Shown here piece by piece: positions 12,223 through 25,499 of a DNA stretch of 49,557 nucleotides (position 1 is the first letter of the stretch; the number at the start of each line of letters is the position of its first letter). The position numbers were made by a program, and so were the translations under genes. The notes beneath the pieces were generated by a model, which saw only the letters and a program-made list of their open reading frames with translations, was not told the origin of the DNA and ran no database searches. Origin of the DNA: Dicyema japonicum (taxonomy: Eukaryota; Animalia; Dicyemida); contig RDEW01000134.1 of NCBI GenBank assembly GCA_011109175.1, positions 1 to 49,557 on the forward strand, given 5' to 3'.

Positions 12223-12884
12223 GTGAGTCTGCCTTGTGAACATTCGATCAGTTTCTTGATTATTTCCTAATGTTGTACTCCGTGGTTCACCACTATCCCC
12301 TACTTTTAAACTTATTATTGTGTGACATCCCGATACCGAGTGGAGAAAACAATCTTCTCTTGGCTTATGCAGACAACATCTTTTTAACATCACGGGATCA
12401 AGACTTCTAGGTTACAAGGAGAGAATACAAAATCACCTGAACCGTTCACTTGTGTGGCTGAAAGAAAAATGACTGACAATTAGCCATCAGAAATCCGTTA
12501 AATGACTATTCACATAGTGCAATAAAATATCATCAAGTCAATAAAGGTGATGAGAAAACATTACCATTAAAAATGACAAAAATCTTGGGAGTCATCCTCG
12601 ATACACACATGTGTTTTGTGGCATGTCGGAAATGTGCTAAACAATAAGAAAAAAATCAACCTAAAAAGTCTAAGGAAATTTAATGCAGTTGATTTGCAAC
12701 TGTCATGTGTTGTTTATTGTTCAGGAATATATTTTCGAATTTTGATATTGGCGACCACTAGGATGTTTGTCGTTATTATCCAAGGATCCTACAAGTCCAC
12801 GACAAGTAAAATATCACAAAACACTCAAAAGTTCTACTCTGATAATATAGTTTAACTTTTTTAATAGTGTTGAAATATCTTAAA

Positions 12885-13185
12885 TTAAATTTATTGAAAC
12901 AGAAAACCAACGTCATAGCCATAATGAACAAATCAAGTGATCCCGATTTCCTTCTTCACATGCTCTGGCTTGAAGGAAGTGTCGTCCAAGGGGAATTACT
13001 CTGGATGGTTGTTGACTAATGGTCCTTTTTGGATATAATTTAGGATTATATTTGGCGCCACCATAGATGGTGAACCACATCACGCACGCTTACAATTAAA
13101 CTCCCTGGAGTCAAAGGGGAAGAGGAGGAAAAGAAGAAACAAAAAAATCTTCAAGTAGCCACTTAGCACCACGCGGCACATCTTT
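12885..13185 (-). mobile_element. Diverged family-2-like element with a different 3' half
   Basis: GCCGCGTGGTGCT..GTGG head and GTGATGTGGTTCACCATCTATGGTGGCGCC match copies 1 and 2; ends in AATAAA. Confidence 0.55.
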
Positions 13186-13249
13186 AGACTACTAAATTAC
13201 GCTGACTTCAGGGAGTTGCATGTGCATACGCTGACTTAACGTGGAGGAT

Positions 13250-14600
13250 CTCAACAGGAAGCTCGTGAAAAGAAAGTACAGAAAAGCAAATTTCCATGCT
13301 TAAAAATAACCTTTCTATTCTCAGTAAGTTTGGAGACCAAAAAACCAAGGAGGAAAAGGATAAGATGATGGACATCTTGAAACCTTATGTATAAGAAATC
13401 GAAAAAAAGGGAGCTCACGAGAGGTACTACCATAATCAAGACAGAATAAGGATATTGGAAAAGAGACTCGCAACTTATGAATCGAGGAATATCGTCTTTT
13501 CTTTTGATTTCAGTAATTTCAGTTTTGTTTACATTTACGCTGAGAAACCATTTCTCAAGCTCCGCAGATGCATTTTCTAGTAGGTGTTGAAGTGCTCTCG
13601 CGTCCCGTGATACGAAATCCACATCATTTGCATAGATATCTTTTCTATGTCTCCTATATAGCATTTACGGAGATCTCGGAGTGCAGATTCAAGGTATATG
13701 GTGAATAGTAAAAGCAAGAGAGAATCACCCTGGAGTATCCCAATCGTTGTTTTGAAACTGCAGGAAGTTGCTCCTTCTGTCCTCACAGATAGTCTTGTGT
13801 TCGCAAGTAGTAGTCTGATTATCCTAACCAATGATTCATCCAATATTTGCTCAACCACATTCATCAGTTTCTGTCTGTTTATTGAGTCAAACGCTCTGGA
13901 GAGATTTATTCCCAACACGGTCGTTGCGCTCTTGAATTTTTGTACCATCTATGGCTCCATACAATGTCTTTCGTAGACCTCGCTTCTTGGACCCCACTTT
14001 GACTTGCTGGTAGGTATAGATCCGCCACACCCTTTATCCGGCTCAGTGCAATGTTTGCCAGCACTTTGCGTATCGAGTTCAGAAGTATGATCGGGCGGAG
14101 ATTTTCTACTGGTCCTTTTGCTTTGTTCGGTTTTTGTATAAGCATTAATAATCCATTTCCAAATTCTTGATCGGTATTGGTTTTAAAAATGTTATTTAGA
14201 GTTTTTGTAATTGTTTTGGTAAGTTTTTTTGGTCCATATCTTAAAAGCTCAGGGCTTATGTTGTTTGGCCCAGCACTCTTGTTATTCTTTAATTTATTTA
14301 GAGCTGATTCCACTTCCCACTGTGATTGAATTCTTTAGTGTCCTTGGTTAGGAGAAAGTCCTCATTTTCTGCATTCAACAATATTTCAAAGTGTCGTGCA
14401 ATCAATTCGTCTTTTACTTTCGGGTTACCCACGAATTTTCCTTCTTTGTCCTTGATGTGAAGTACGTTTTGTCCTTTCTTTGTCCGCAGCAGCCGCAAAG
14501 TCACAAACATCCTTGAATTGTCCTTTAGGCATTCCACATTTTTTAATGAGGATTTAATAATTTCCCGTGAATATTGTCTGTTCATCTTTTTGATTTTCTA
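13250..14600 (-). mobile_element. RTE-like LINE, linker + RT, degenerate
   Basis: NKSAGPNNISPELL, ENLRPIILLNSIRK, LSRAFDSINR, GILQGDSL, YANDVDF. Confidence 0.9.
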
Positions 14601-14602
14601 TT

Positions 14603-15385
14603 TTAGTTCCCTTTGTTGGATTTTAAGCTCTTTTTTATACTCTCGTCTGACATGTTTGTCTCTTTTAGCCGTAGCTCTCTGCAATTCTTTGCCATATCTT
14701 TCGGTGAAGGGATTCTCAGTCCGCCCAGGCAAACGGGTAGGGTCGCTTGGTCCCACCCTCGGCCGTCAAATTTCACATTTGTGGTACGTTCAATGGTGGT
14801 CCGGAAGAGGGAATCGATAGCATCGAGCTGTTGCATTTTCAGGTAGCAGGATGCCCCCGAAGAAGATAGTTGTTTCTGTGCTGATAAGGCGTTTCTTGGC
14901 AGGAATAAGGAGGAATGTGCGTCCAGCATCTCCAGACGTCTGAATGTTGTTTTTAGTTGTTGTTCTTTTGTCCTTAGAGTGTTACTGATTCCAGCATCAG
15001 TAAGTGGGCATCCAAGTATTTTAAGTTGTTCTGCTTTGGTTTCTGTGGCTTTCGAATGATATCTCTGAACATCGCAAGGATCAAGTCCCATTCAGGCTGC
15101 GGAAATCCAAAATTAATAACTTCACATTTCGATGTGTTTAGAATTAAGCATAGGGATTTCATTTGGATTATTAGACTTTTCAAACAATCTAGTACATCCT
15201 TCGGATGGCCGCCCATTGTGCAATCATCCAGATAGCATACTCTCATAGGAGTAGAACAATATCCTGTGATACGGGCAATTCCCAGGCTGAACAAGGCAGG
15301 ACCCAGTGGATCTCCTTGTTGGACTCAATAAGATGAAATATTAACCGTGTGCGAGACTGGAAGGTTTTCCGTACGAGCTATGAAC
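14603..15385 (-). mobile_element. CRE-clade RT fragment
   Basis: QQGDPLGPALFSLG, CYLDDCTMGG, LKILGCPL, WDQATLPVCLGGL. Confidence 0.85.
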
Positions 15386-15499
15386 ATAGCTGTAATGTAA
15401 AGCAATCCTCCAGAATTGTATTAACACAATTTAATTAACACATGTCTTCCAATTTTTCCCGTGGAGCTATAATCGACTAACTTTTAATAAAAAACTCAA

Positions 15500-15830
15500 A
15501 TTGTTAATTATAAAGAAAATGATGCTAATTCGTGCCTTCCAAAAATAGTATGGGTTACTTCAACCCATGGATATAAGCATCATAAAATTTTTAAGACTAA
15601 TTTTACCAGACGCAAGTTAATCTATTTGACGGAATTATCGAAACTCAAGACATTTCGGCTTACAATTCTACAGGAAATCGGTTTTTTTTACAAAAATGGA
15701 TTGGGTAGACGTATTCGAAGAGACGACCAGGAATTGTTTCAGAGGTTTAATTAACTCGAATTACAAAATTCTTGAAATTGATATCAAAAGAAGGCAATGA
15801 AATTAATACCAGAAGAATAGACAATGAAAA
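15500..15830 (+). mobile_element. pogo/Tigger DDE transposase fragment
   Basis: LP.NSMGLLQPMDISII...W..V...T.RNCF across frameshifts. Confidence 0.65.
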
Positions 15831-16189
15831 TTATTTAGAAGATTCAGGAAAAAAAATCTGAAAAATAATACCTGTAGACAAAGATATTGTAGGTAGATTG
15901 ACTGTAGTGGGGAAAGAAATCTTATCTAATGTTGAATGAGCAGTAAAATTTCTCTCATTCTCAATAAAAAAGTACAAAAGTATTATTGAAGCAAATAAAA
16001 CATAGTTGGGAGTTAATTTTATGTTAATAAAACTTAAATACGTTTCTTTGTTCATTTAAGAATTTTTAAAGAATTTGTTCATTATTTTTCAAAATTATTG
16101 ATTTTATTTTTTTTCAAATTGGCCATTTCTCAAATTGGGCACAAAATTCTAAGGAACCAAAATAGCCAATTCGCTAGGGTCGAGTGTAT

Positions 16190-17700
16190 GTGATTGAGCT
16201 CAAGAAAATGGATGTAGGTCAGAGGAGGAATACTAGTCTAAAGGGGAGGACCAGATGACCATAGCTGTTAAAGAGAGCAGAGTTGTGATACTTTGCTGCT
16301 CAATCTCGCTGCAGAGGTAGGTGTCTCCCTGGAGGACCGCAAAATAACCGCAAGATCTCTCATAGTTTGGTTAATAGAGTAGTGTTAACCTGCATAAATA
16401 AGAATTAGCCTATTTGGTGAAAGCTAAGCCAGACATATTCCTAATGCTATATGCAGCACAGATCATCTATGTGGAGTTGACGTACAAGCACAGTAAATGA
16501 AGAGAGCAGATATGTGCCAAAAATGTTAGAGACAGACAAAACTGGAACCACTGGAAGGTCACATAAGTAATGTGGCGAGAGGGATTAAAAAGAAAGTAAG
16601 ATGGTTACTTAGTAAAATCCGTGTTCCCAAATGGGACCTGAAAGAGTTGAGAAGGGCAAAGGCGGAGTTAGAGGGGCCAATAATGGTGTATAAGAGGAAA
16701 TTCTATACACATGAAAGTCGGTGTAAGAGAAGGGAAGACAATAATATGTTTGAGTTTAATTGCAGATTGTTTTACCGTCGCCTACACTGATAGCCATAGT
16801 GCATGTTCCCAGCAGAACGCGGAAATGCTTTCCATGAGGTAGAATGTGGGCGGCTAAATCACGCAGAGGAAATGCGTGGATTGTCATCACCGTTCCTTTT
16901 TTGGCAAAATCTTGTGCAATTTTCGATTTTCGCAGGAAATTTGAGGAGGTAGTGAGACATCTCCCTGATTGGAAAACGACCGGAGTAGATAGTGTATATT
17001 TTCTTTATCAAAAGATGTATATCATTGCACGAGTCTATGTGTCTTGTATTACAGGAAAGCATCACTAACCCGGAAACGATTCCTGATTGGGCCTGCACCG
17101 AGACAACTTATTTGATCCCAAAGCTGGACAACCGACAGTCTGCTGCCGATTATTGACCGATAACTTGCATGCCAACCCTGTATAAGCTGATGAACAAATT
17201 GGTAGCTAATGAAACCAGGAGCTTTGTTGAAGCCAATGGAATTCTCTCAGAGAATCAGTTAGGTACTGTGTGAAATTTTTGATGGACAAAATAGCAGGCT
17301 TTAATCAATAATTGCTATTCTGTGTCTCATGGAAACTCACTTTAGTCAACGTGGGTGGATGTGAAGTGTGTCTGCTATAAGCACGCCATAATAACGACCG
17401 AAAAAACACGGGCAACTCACCTATGCACTATTAGACCTTTTTTGTTTGCTAAGTATAGTGTTAATGATGGTGGACTAGTATATGTGAAGGCGTTGATAGA
17501 ATTACAAAATAATAATTTGATCGAAAATATCAACTTAAAATGCCTTCATAAGGTTCTCTTCATATAATTGGACAACCGACACGGCTGCTAATGCTGACTG
17601 GAGAAGTTATTGGGAAGACGTGGGGCTACATAAAGAGAAGGTCCTTGATTTATACATCGAGAGGTACCGTATATTATAGAGGAGACCTGGGGAAGATTTC
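16190..17700 (+). mobile_element. R4/Dong-like RLE retrotransposon, N-terminal and RT-start region with internal deletion
   Basis: NNMFEFNCRLFYRRL, LPDWKTTGVD, TYLIPK, PITCMPTLYKL, ENQLGT, QALIN. Confidence 0.82.
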
Positions 17701-17749
17701 AATCATATCACAAACTTTTAATTTGTTTCGCTCACTTTTCAACAATTAA

Positions 17750-19500
17750 GAGAACTGAATCCTCTTTCAACAATATATGAAGTTGGAGAATATTATATTT
17801 TCTGGGAAACATAAACGAAAAAAGTATTTGAAGGTATTTTCGACTCATGATTTTAGGCCAACACGTGAACAACTCGTTATTCTTTTGCCACAAAATCTTA
17901 ACTTTTTGATGCCTCTTTTACAATATAAAAGGTCTGGGGTAAGAACTCAACAAAAACGCATATGAGATAGATCAATCTGTAGTAATTGAAAGTCTCATGA
18001 AGTTTTTGTCCCCCTTGGTTGATCCTACCCCTTTTGTACCGTTACAATTATGAAATTATTTGGTCATGGTGTGAAATAATCAAAATATAGAAATTAACAC
18101 AGTCGGTAATAAACCAGACCAGTCCACATTCGAATAATGTTTGAACCTTGTAAAGTACCTAAACACGCGATATTCATATTGAGATTTCCAATTATGAACT
18201 CTGATACCATTAACATTTATCTGAAAATTCGCTAAGCATACCTGGGTTATCCACATTGCCTGACAGAAGGTAGTGCGAGAATATAAAAAGACCAATAGAA
18301 TGGTTTCTTTTTTGTCCATGGAAAGTAGAACACCAAAATATTTCAAGTAAACACATTGACATTGTTAATAATAATCATTAAAAGTGATTCACAATGAAAT
18401 TCGCTTTACTGATTGCAATGAAGTTAACAAAATCATCACAAAAACATATAATAATAATCGATGATCAATCATATTTTTTTGTACCACCTTCGAAATTTTT
18501 GGAAAAGTCGGAACGATCGAATTGGAAAATTGAAAAAGAAACCACGTCTTGGATACCCAGAGAAACTGATGATTTTGAAAAGCCGCTGTATGTGGGAAGG
18601 ATTAAATGAAATATGATTTGATCTTTAATATATACTAGATCATGCGGCGTGGTCTAGGCTTTGACGCATAATCCAACCACAACAAACAATAAATATGAGG
18701 TAGCCCACGTTTCTGATATTCCACGGTGGAAACATACGCAATAAAATTGCCGAATAAGCCATTAGGACCAGTGACAAACTTCAGAAATTTGTATTTCTTC
18801 AGATTGAAGACTCTGGCAACCAGATCATCACGCCCTGACGCTGTTTGACCGGGAAGAAGATTTTCCTTCTTTTAATTCCAGTTGAGATTGCATGTGAATG
18901 TGATAAACATACTTGAGTTTCCATACTCCCTAAAATTATTGAATCTATTTGAAGTAATCATCATGGTATCTTGACACCGTTCAAGTATATAACGTGGACT
19001 TGTAAAAGAACTCTTTTTCCCATGTTATTCAAATTTTCTTGGTCATTCAGTGCTTCACAAAGAACTAATATTGTTAATCAAATAATACCATTATAAGTAG
19101 TCGACCTCAGAGACTGCTGATTCCTAATATAATTAAGTTGGTTGGTCTCGACTTTAGTAGCCATATAAATACTGCTGAAACATTGGCTTCGCGGTCCAAA
19201 AAATAAATCTATAAGAATTGTGCCTATAATCATTAATGACATGCAAAATATTATTAAGACTTGTATAAATAATAACCTGTTGTGCTTCATTTGGAACCAA
19301 GGAACCAATTTTATGATGAATGGTTCCATTAATTGAGAATGATGTATTATAATTTCCAGTCCTCACTTCCTTGACTCCAAAAGATGTGAAGTGGTGAAGA
19401 CTGTCGTAAATTCTTATAATCTTCCGAAAACGTTTGGCAAGTGCAGTATCCTCTGTGTATAATCGCTTAAGTTCCTGAGGTAGTGGTCTCAAATTTTGAA
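17750..19500 (-). mobile_element. Helitron Rep domain fragment, degenerate
   Basis: F...IRIYDS...FTSFG...SINGTIHHKIGSLVP (19154-19492); VEYQKRGLPH (HUH motif, ~18700); GYPRR (~18560). Confidence 0.85.
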
Positions 19501-19539
19501 GTGAAATCTATAAATTATATTTACAGTAAATCATATTTA

Positions 19540-19612
19540 AAACTGCCATCCATCCAAAGTGGACCCCGCCGACATAATCGACGTTGCGTTGCCTCTCACG
19601 ATTGCAACAGAT
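19540..19612 (-). mobile_element. CRE-clade 3' stub (~70 nt)
   Basis: SVAIVRGNATSIMSAGSTLDGWQF*; near-identical to 5435-5505. Confidence 0.78.
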
Positions 19613-19688
19613 CTATAAATTATATATAAATATTACAACATTGCCATCATGCAGCAAAAGTTAGCTTCACCTACAAATTTATATGCTG

Positions 19689-19760
19689 CACAGTGCGGAA
19701 ACTCACTCACTTTTTCGAAAATGTTTTTATTTGTTCAAATCTTTTTTTAAAATTAAAATC
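19689..19760 (+). mobile_element. Possible Transib-like terminal inverted repeat, unpaired
   Basis: CACAGTGCGGAAAC start followed by AT-rich DNA; no partner end found. Confidence 0.25.
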
Positions 19761-20229
19761 CGTCAATTATCCGCAAGTTATGGTGGCACATACATACAAC
19801 ATTGATCTCTAATAAATATATATTTATCATCGTAAAAATCACAAATTCAGAAAAAATGGGTTAAAAGTTGAAAATAAGTTTAATGACAAGTTCTTTTTAT
19901 TGCTTATTTTTAAAAGTTAATGCGGTTTGGAAAATTAGTTAGTGATTATTTCATATTAAGATTAATCATTATTCAGCTTTTAACTATTTTAACATTGGAT
20001 TTCACACACAAAAGAACATTTTCGATGTCTTGGATAAATTCTTAAATAGTGCGAATTCTGCCTAGGATGAGATAAGTAATGAAAATATTACTAATCCTTG
20101 TCGTAAGGGCTGTTATTATTATTATTAATTATATTCAATTATTTTTATTAATTATATTCAATTATTATTATTTGAAATGGTCAACCATATTTGGAATAAA
20201 ATATTTAATTTTTGTATAGAAATTGTCAA

Positions 20230-23002
20230 ATGGCCGAGGCTCATGCTTTGATCAGTCTAACGATCACTCCAGATGGTTTTGGGTTCATTTATAACTTCAA
20301 TGTCGCAAATCAAATTTTCCGTTCCATTCTGAGATCCTGGAAACGGAGATATGGCCGTTTAAAGGTGACGTCATTCAACTATAATCCAAATTGCTTGCGT
20401 CAATCTTTTAAACAAACATTACCCTTTTAGAACCTCTTCTTGAATAATGTATATCCTCTCTCCTACAGATCTCTCTTTGTATTCCTCTTCTTGTCTGCCT
20501 TCATTAATTACCTAAAAGTTCCTACTTTGTATAAAATTCAATCAAAATGGGAAATATTTCCAAAAGGTATTTCTCTGTTACTTATTTAGGTTAACTGGTG
20601 GGAGTGGGAACGACTTGTACGTGATTTTTATAACAGGGACGTTCTCGTGGATTGTCAACATTATCCTTGTTAAGTATGCCCTTCGGTCTCTTCTTCGATA
20701 CAATGGATGGATCTTCGAAGAGAGGAAGAACTTTAAGTTACAGACTAAACTCTGGATGGTATGCGAGGAATTCTAACCCTTCAGTTCGTCCTGGGATGGT
20801 TTGTTGGGAACCAGCAGCTCAAAAGCTACCAATATTCCCTTCCGAGACTTCCTCTTCCTGATTTAAAGGACAGCGCACAAAAAGTTGTGATCCCACTTAT
20901 TTCAGTATCTCAAATCTGCCCAGTGTTTGTATGATGCTGACGAAATGGAGGAACTGAGAACCCTCGCCAATGACTTTGTCAACAACCTGGGACCGAAACT
21001 GCAGTGGTACCTCCGACTCAAGTCATGGTGGTCCTCAAACTATGTTATGCTGTGAAATTTATAAACAGGTCTCCGATTGGTGGGAGGAGTACATTTATCT
21101 AGTCTCGAGATCCTCAATAGTTATCGACAGCAACTACTACTGTCTGGTAAGTCAATTCATTTCACAAAAGGGGATCATGGACAATTCCAAAGTGACTTCA
21201 AATCGACAGGCCTCACGTGCCGCTGGGATAGTTTCGAGTTTACTGCATTTTCGCAGAGAAATCAACACACAAAATCTTGAGCCAGTTTTGTGGTTTTTTT
21301 CACTGTAGTTACTCATTTCAAACTGCGTGCCTTTGTGCACCAGTCAATATGATAAGATCTTCAACACGACTAGGAAGGCTCAACCAGTTAAGGGTACACG
21401 TGCATTCGTGATTTGTTTAGACAAACTAGAGCATTTTGATGTAAGCAATCACATCACTGTCTCCTACAATGGAAAGTACTACAAAGTATACATTTACTGT
21501 AACTCCCGTCTCGCCTCCCCACTTGAATTTGAACGGTGTTGGAGATTTGTTACTACAGAGTGTTCGAAATCATACTGAATGACACTTCTGAGCCTGTTGA
21601 AGGAGAGGAGTTTATTGGAGTCATCAGTGCAGTAGACAGGGAGACCTCAGCCTCTCTCAGGGGGAATTACTTCTCCTCTGGAGTAAACAAGGAGTCCATT
21701 GAACTGATAGACAGAGTATTGAATCACTGATCTATTAAAGGCAGCCTTTCACCTTGTTTTGGAGGATTTTGAGGCCAAATTGGACAGTGGAGCCAACAGT
21801 GAGCAATTGAGCTTAGTGTCAAAGAGACTATATATCGGGAGTGGGTACGACCGGTGGTACGAAAAATCTTTTAACGTGATCATTTTCTCGGACGGACATG
21901 TTTGGTTTAGTCTAACCACGTAGGTCTCCTTGATTTCCGAACACTCCTGGTAATGGCAAGATATATATTCTTAGGGGGATGCATTAGTTGTGTCGCATAT
22001 GTTGGAAGCCTCCGCATGCTATGAGATTCAGAATATAAAGTAGTTGTGGTGTGTTCATTTAGATATGGGGAAGATGGTAGGATTGTTACAAAAAATGTGT
22101 TTGATTGTGCCTTAATTAACCCAATCAGGCTGAATTTTGAATTTTATAATAATGTGACTTCATTATTGTAAAATTATAGCTGACTAATGTTTTAAAAGAT
22201 CATGCACTCAGGATGTCAAAAGAAGTCAACAATTTGGACCTTTCTGTTTTCAGATTTGAGGACTTTGGTAAGAACTTTGGTCGGAACAACAAACTCAGCT
22301 TAGACTCCTTTGTTCAGCTGACCCTCCAACTGGCCTATTACAGAGTATGAACTCACCTTATCCAATAGGAGAACAACCACTTTGTGCACACCTACGAATC
22401 CGCCAGCACACAGTTCTTCATGGAGGGGAGAACAGAGACGATTCGATCCTGCACGCAAGAGTCCTGTAAGTTTGTCTTGGCTATGATTGACCCCATCACT
22501 GACGTAAGAGAAAAATGTCACACATTTAGAGGGGGATTCTTAGAGATCTTGCCTTTGAGGCCTTCCTTTCCCATCAAAGTATATCCCGGCTGGCTGTTAG
22601 CGGAGGAGGGATCGACAGACACATGTTTGCCCTTTTAGTGGTCTCCAAACTCCTCAACAAGAGCTCCCCCTTTCTGGACCGAGTCCTCAATGAAAAATGG
22701 GGGATCTCCTCGAGTCAGGTTTTTCTATTAATGACGTTTTAGACCCCTGTCGCACAGATATCCAACAAGATCTTTCCAGAATATAGGAAGAATGTAATTG
22801 GTGGGGGATTTGGGCCCACGTGCTTCCGTGGATATGGAGTTTCATATTATCCCTGTGAGGACAGCATAACTTTTCACGTGTCTTGTCTAAAGAACGCAGA
22901 ATGCAGAGTATTAGTTACATTTTATTTAAGAACGCAACAAAGTTTGGAGAACAGATAGTGAGTTCTTTGAGAGATATTGCAGATATAATTACTCAAACTT
23001 AA
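20230..23002 (+). CDS. CPT1: Carnitine O-palmitoyltransferase 1 (about 764 aa, 19 exons)
   Basis: MAEAH N-terminus, [24 protein letters not shown], catalytic [37 protein letters not shown]. Introns: 20365-20430, 20567-20589, 20759-20784, 20884-20905, 21044-21068, 21147-21170, 21285-21308, 21394-21420, 21536-21558, 21716-21740, 21900-21923, 21950-21974, 22040-22062, 22154-22179, 22345-22368, 22504-22529, 22719-22742, 22908-22930. The model needs one extra base at each of two junctions. Confidence 0.96.
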
Positions 23003-23157
23003 TATTATAACTTTTATTCAAAACCTACCTCTACATGCTTTTAATTAGGTAATCACACAATAGGTTATAACCTATTTAATTTGTAGTGGTTTATTTACTA
23101 AAAACCACTAAAATGTACTTTGTATATTAATTAATCGATTATTGATCAAATTAACAA

Positions 23158-23670
23158 ATGTCATTTTACAGTGCATATACGCTAGAGTCATGGTCTTACA
23201 CGCGATCTGTCAGATCACTATTCACTTCGGTTGTTGAAGTATATATTTTACACATCTTCTTTAGTCTGTATTTAGTATGTCCTCGATACTGCACTCGAGG
23301 TACCTGAGATTGCATAGGTGTAAGTTTATGTGCTACTTTATCTAAAACTTCTTCCACATGGTGAAAGAGACATAAGTCTATAACTAACTCGTCTTATTGT
23401 CACAATGAGTATGAAATGAACAAATACTGTATTAGTAACACTCTTTACGATCTGTCGATGGCTTTCAATTTGGTACTTATACTCAGAATATGAGAGCTGG
23501 TTAGTATTGTTCATATTTTAGTGTTTCCCAAAATTTTCTTTGTACCTTTCAGCTCGCCTTGTAAAACGACCGGGAGGGTTGTTCTTGGTCTTTCACGAAA
23601 GCGTTTTAAATTGGAGGAGTAGTAATTTACCATGGAAAGTAGTGAAGGAATGCCGAACTAATATTATTTA
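23158..23670. other. Possible small unidentified micro-intron gene, strand unresolved
   Basis: Coding-like composition with intron-like GT..AG segments of 22-26 nt (e.g. GTTAGTATTGTTCATATTTTAG); no consistent model or recognisable motif obtained. Confidence 0.25.
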
Positions 23671-23681
23671 AAAAAATGGTT

Positions 23682-23806
23682 TAATAATAATAAAGCCTTT
23701 TCACGAGAGCCATAATATAGCTCCGCACAGGCAGGACACACACTTTATTTAAGTAAAGAACAGTTAATTTTAACTAATCGTAGAACCAAGGAATAATCTT
23801 CACTTC
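23682..23806 (-). mobile_element. SINE family 1, 5'-truncated copy with (TTA)n tail
   Basis: Near-identical to 11182-11290; ends GTGAAAAGGCTTTATTATTATT. Confidence 0.82.
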
Positions 23807-23974
23807 TTTTTTTATTTTTCTTGTGTGAGTGTTTCTAGGGTTAATTTCTTTTTTATTTTTCAGAATTTGGATGATTAATATTTAGACACGACTTTAGCCA
23901 AAAGTTGACAAATACCACTCAAAGAAAATAAAATTACATGCGTAAATTATTCCAAAGACCAAGGGTAAAACCAA

Positions 23975-24115
23975 ATTAATCAAATCCTTGATTTTTACGC
24001 GTTCCAGCAGAACCCTCAGCCAAGAGCAGTGATTCAGAGGACATTGTCCGGGAAGCTGAGGTCGATTCCAGAACTCTTCTCCAGGGAGCGAAATTGTCTC
24101 CAGGTGGATTGAATA
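23975..24115. repeat. Unclassified dispersed repeat, copy 2
   Basis: Homologous to 690-820. Confidence 0.7.
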
Positions 24116-24273
24116 GATGGATCCTTATGAATGTCGGGCAGGTATTGGCGAGTGAGGTGGATCCAATGACACCAGAAATTAAACATAGTCTTCAAGGCAG
24201 ATAGATTTAAAATAATCATTTAAAATACTCAGGTTTTAAGTAAAAATAAACACTTTTCCAGAATGCCTTAAAA

Positions 24274-25180
24274 CAGCGGTTCTCAACCTGGGGTCGATTC
24301 GACCCCCAGGGTCTAAAATCAATCCAGATCGATCGTAAGGGGGTCGAAAATAAATTTAATACATTTAATTTTTTTCAATTTAAATTAAGTTAGTTTATTT
24401 TTAAAGTAGTAAACATTTGTTCTTTAAAATTTTTAAAATTACCATGCTTGTTTTTGCTCGTTTATGAGTCGTCCTTCTACATTAAAAATTCGTCAATATA
24501 AAAATGAATATTTGGCATTCGGATTTATAAAAAATTTTTTGATAATAACCATGTTGCTTACTGTGTAACAAGTTATCAAATGATGCAATGAAACCGTCCA
24601 AATTGTTGGATCATCTTAGGAGTAAACATTTGGATAAAAAAGATTAACCATTAGATTATTTTGAAGAATTAAAGGATTCTTTTCGTTAACAAAAAACGAT
24701 TGACATTGTTTTTACAAAGAAAGAAACAATAATTGTTGTTATTTTAAATTATATTTAGGAGGACTAATCGCATCCTATAAAATTGCAATGATTATTGTTA
24801 ACAATGAGAGTTCCCATGTTTATGGTGAAAATCTCATCAAACCATCTATCTCAGTGATTCTATCAGATCTGATGGGTTTAAATCCCGACGAAATTTTAAA
24901 ATCCGTGACAATTATCAATGATTCAATTCGCCGCAGGATTGACGAAATGTCAGATAATGTTGAACATATTTTATGTGAAAGGCTTAAAATACTATTTTTT
25001 CGCTTCAAATTGACGAAAGTCATACATGTAACAATCAATCAATTCTAATGGGATATGTCAGGTTAATCTTATTAGAAGCTTACCCTTTAAGATATTTTGA
25101 GGATCATGCTCTTCCTACAGAAGCTTTATTATTCGTCAAATATTTGGAAACTGATATGACTGGATTTTCTATTTTTTCCG
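24274..25180 (+). mobile_element. hAT Buster/Charlie-type transposon, left end + degenerate transposase (ZBED5/SCAND3-like)
   Basis: TIR CAGCGGTTCTCAACCTGGGG with subterminal hairpin, preceded by CCTTAAAA (central TA); EYLAFGF, YGENLIKPSI, ND.IRRRIDEMSDNVE, LETD.TG. Confidence 0.88.
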
Positions 25181-25499
25181 TAGTCCTGTCCTGTCCTGGC
25201 TTCTCTCTAACGATTCCTTAGCTAAATGTTAATGGTATCCGCCACCTAATAGTTTTATTTTTTCTTATTTTTTCTCGGTTCCTCGGGGGGTTTTTAAAAA
25301 TGGGAAATATGTATTTTATAAATCAGGTAGCCAAACCATTTTACTAATTTTTAAATGCTCATTGCCTCAAACGCGGCTATAAAACCTTCCAGATAAGTCA
25401 GCAATTAAATTCGTATATTTTTATAAAAATATAGGTTCATCCAAATAAATCAAACAAACAATTCCATGAAGAAGTCTAAGGCCGAATAAGCTATCATCG

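Larger units (their letters stand above)
10260..12700 (+). mobile_element. Ingi/jockey-group LINE (APE + RT), heavily degenerate, interrupted by two SINEs
   Basis: IIGGDIKAKHPLW (APE); PDKIP..LLK, W..A...PI, SYRPVALL, FQHGFKK.RST, LAYAD, LGVILD (RT). Confidence 0.85.

Noticed and set aside
12880-13190. Solo LTR (TG...CA with AATAAA)
   Set aside because: No 4-6 bp TSD, PBS or PPT seen; the related copy at 9927-10241 has a 10-bp TSD and A-rich tail typical of TPRT
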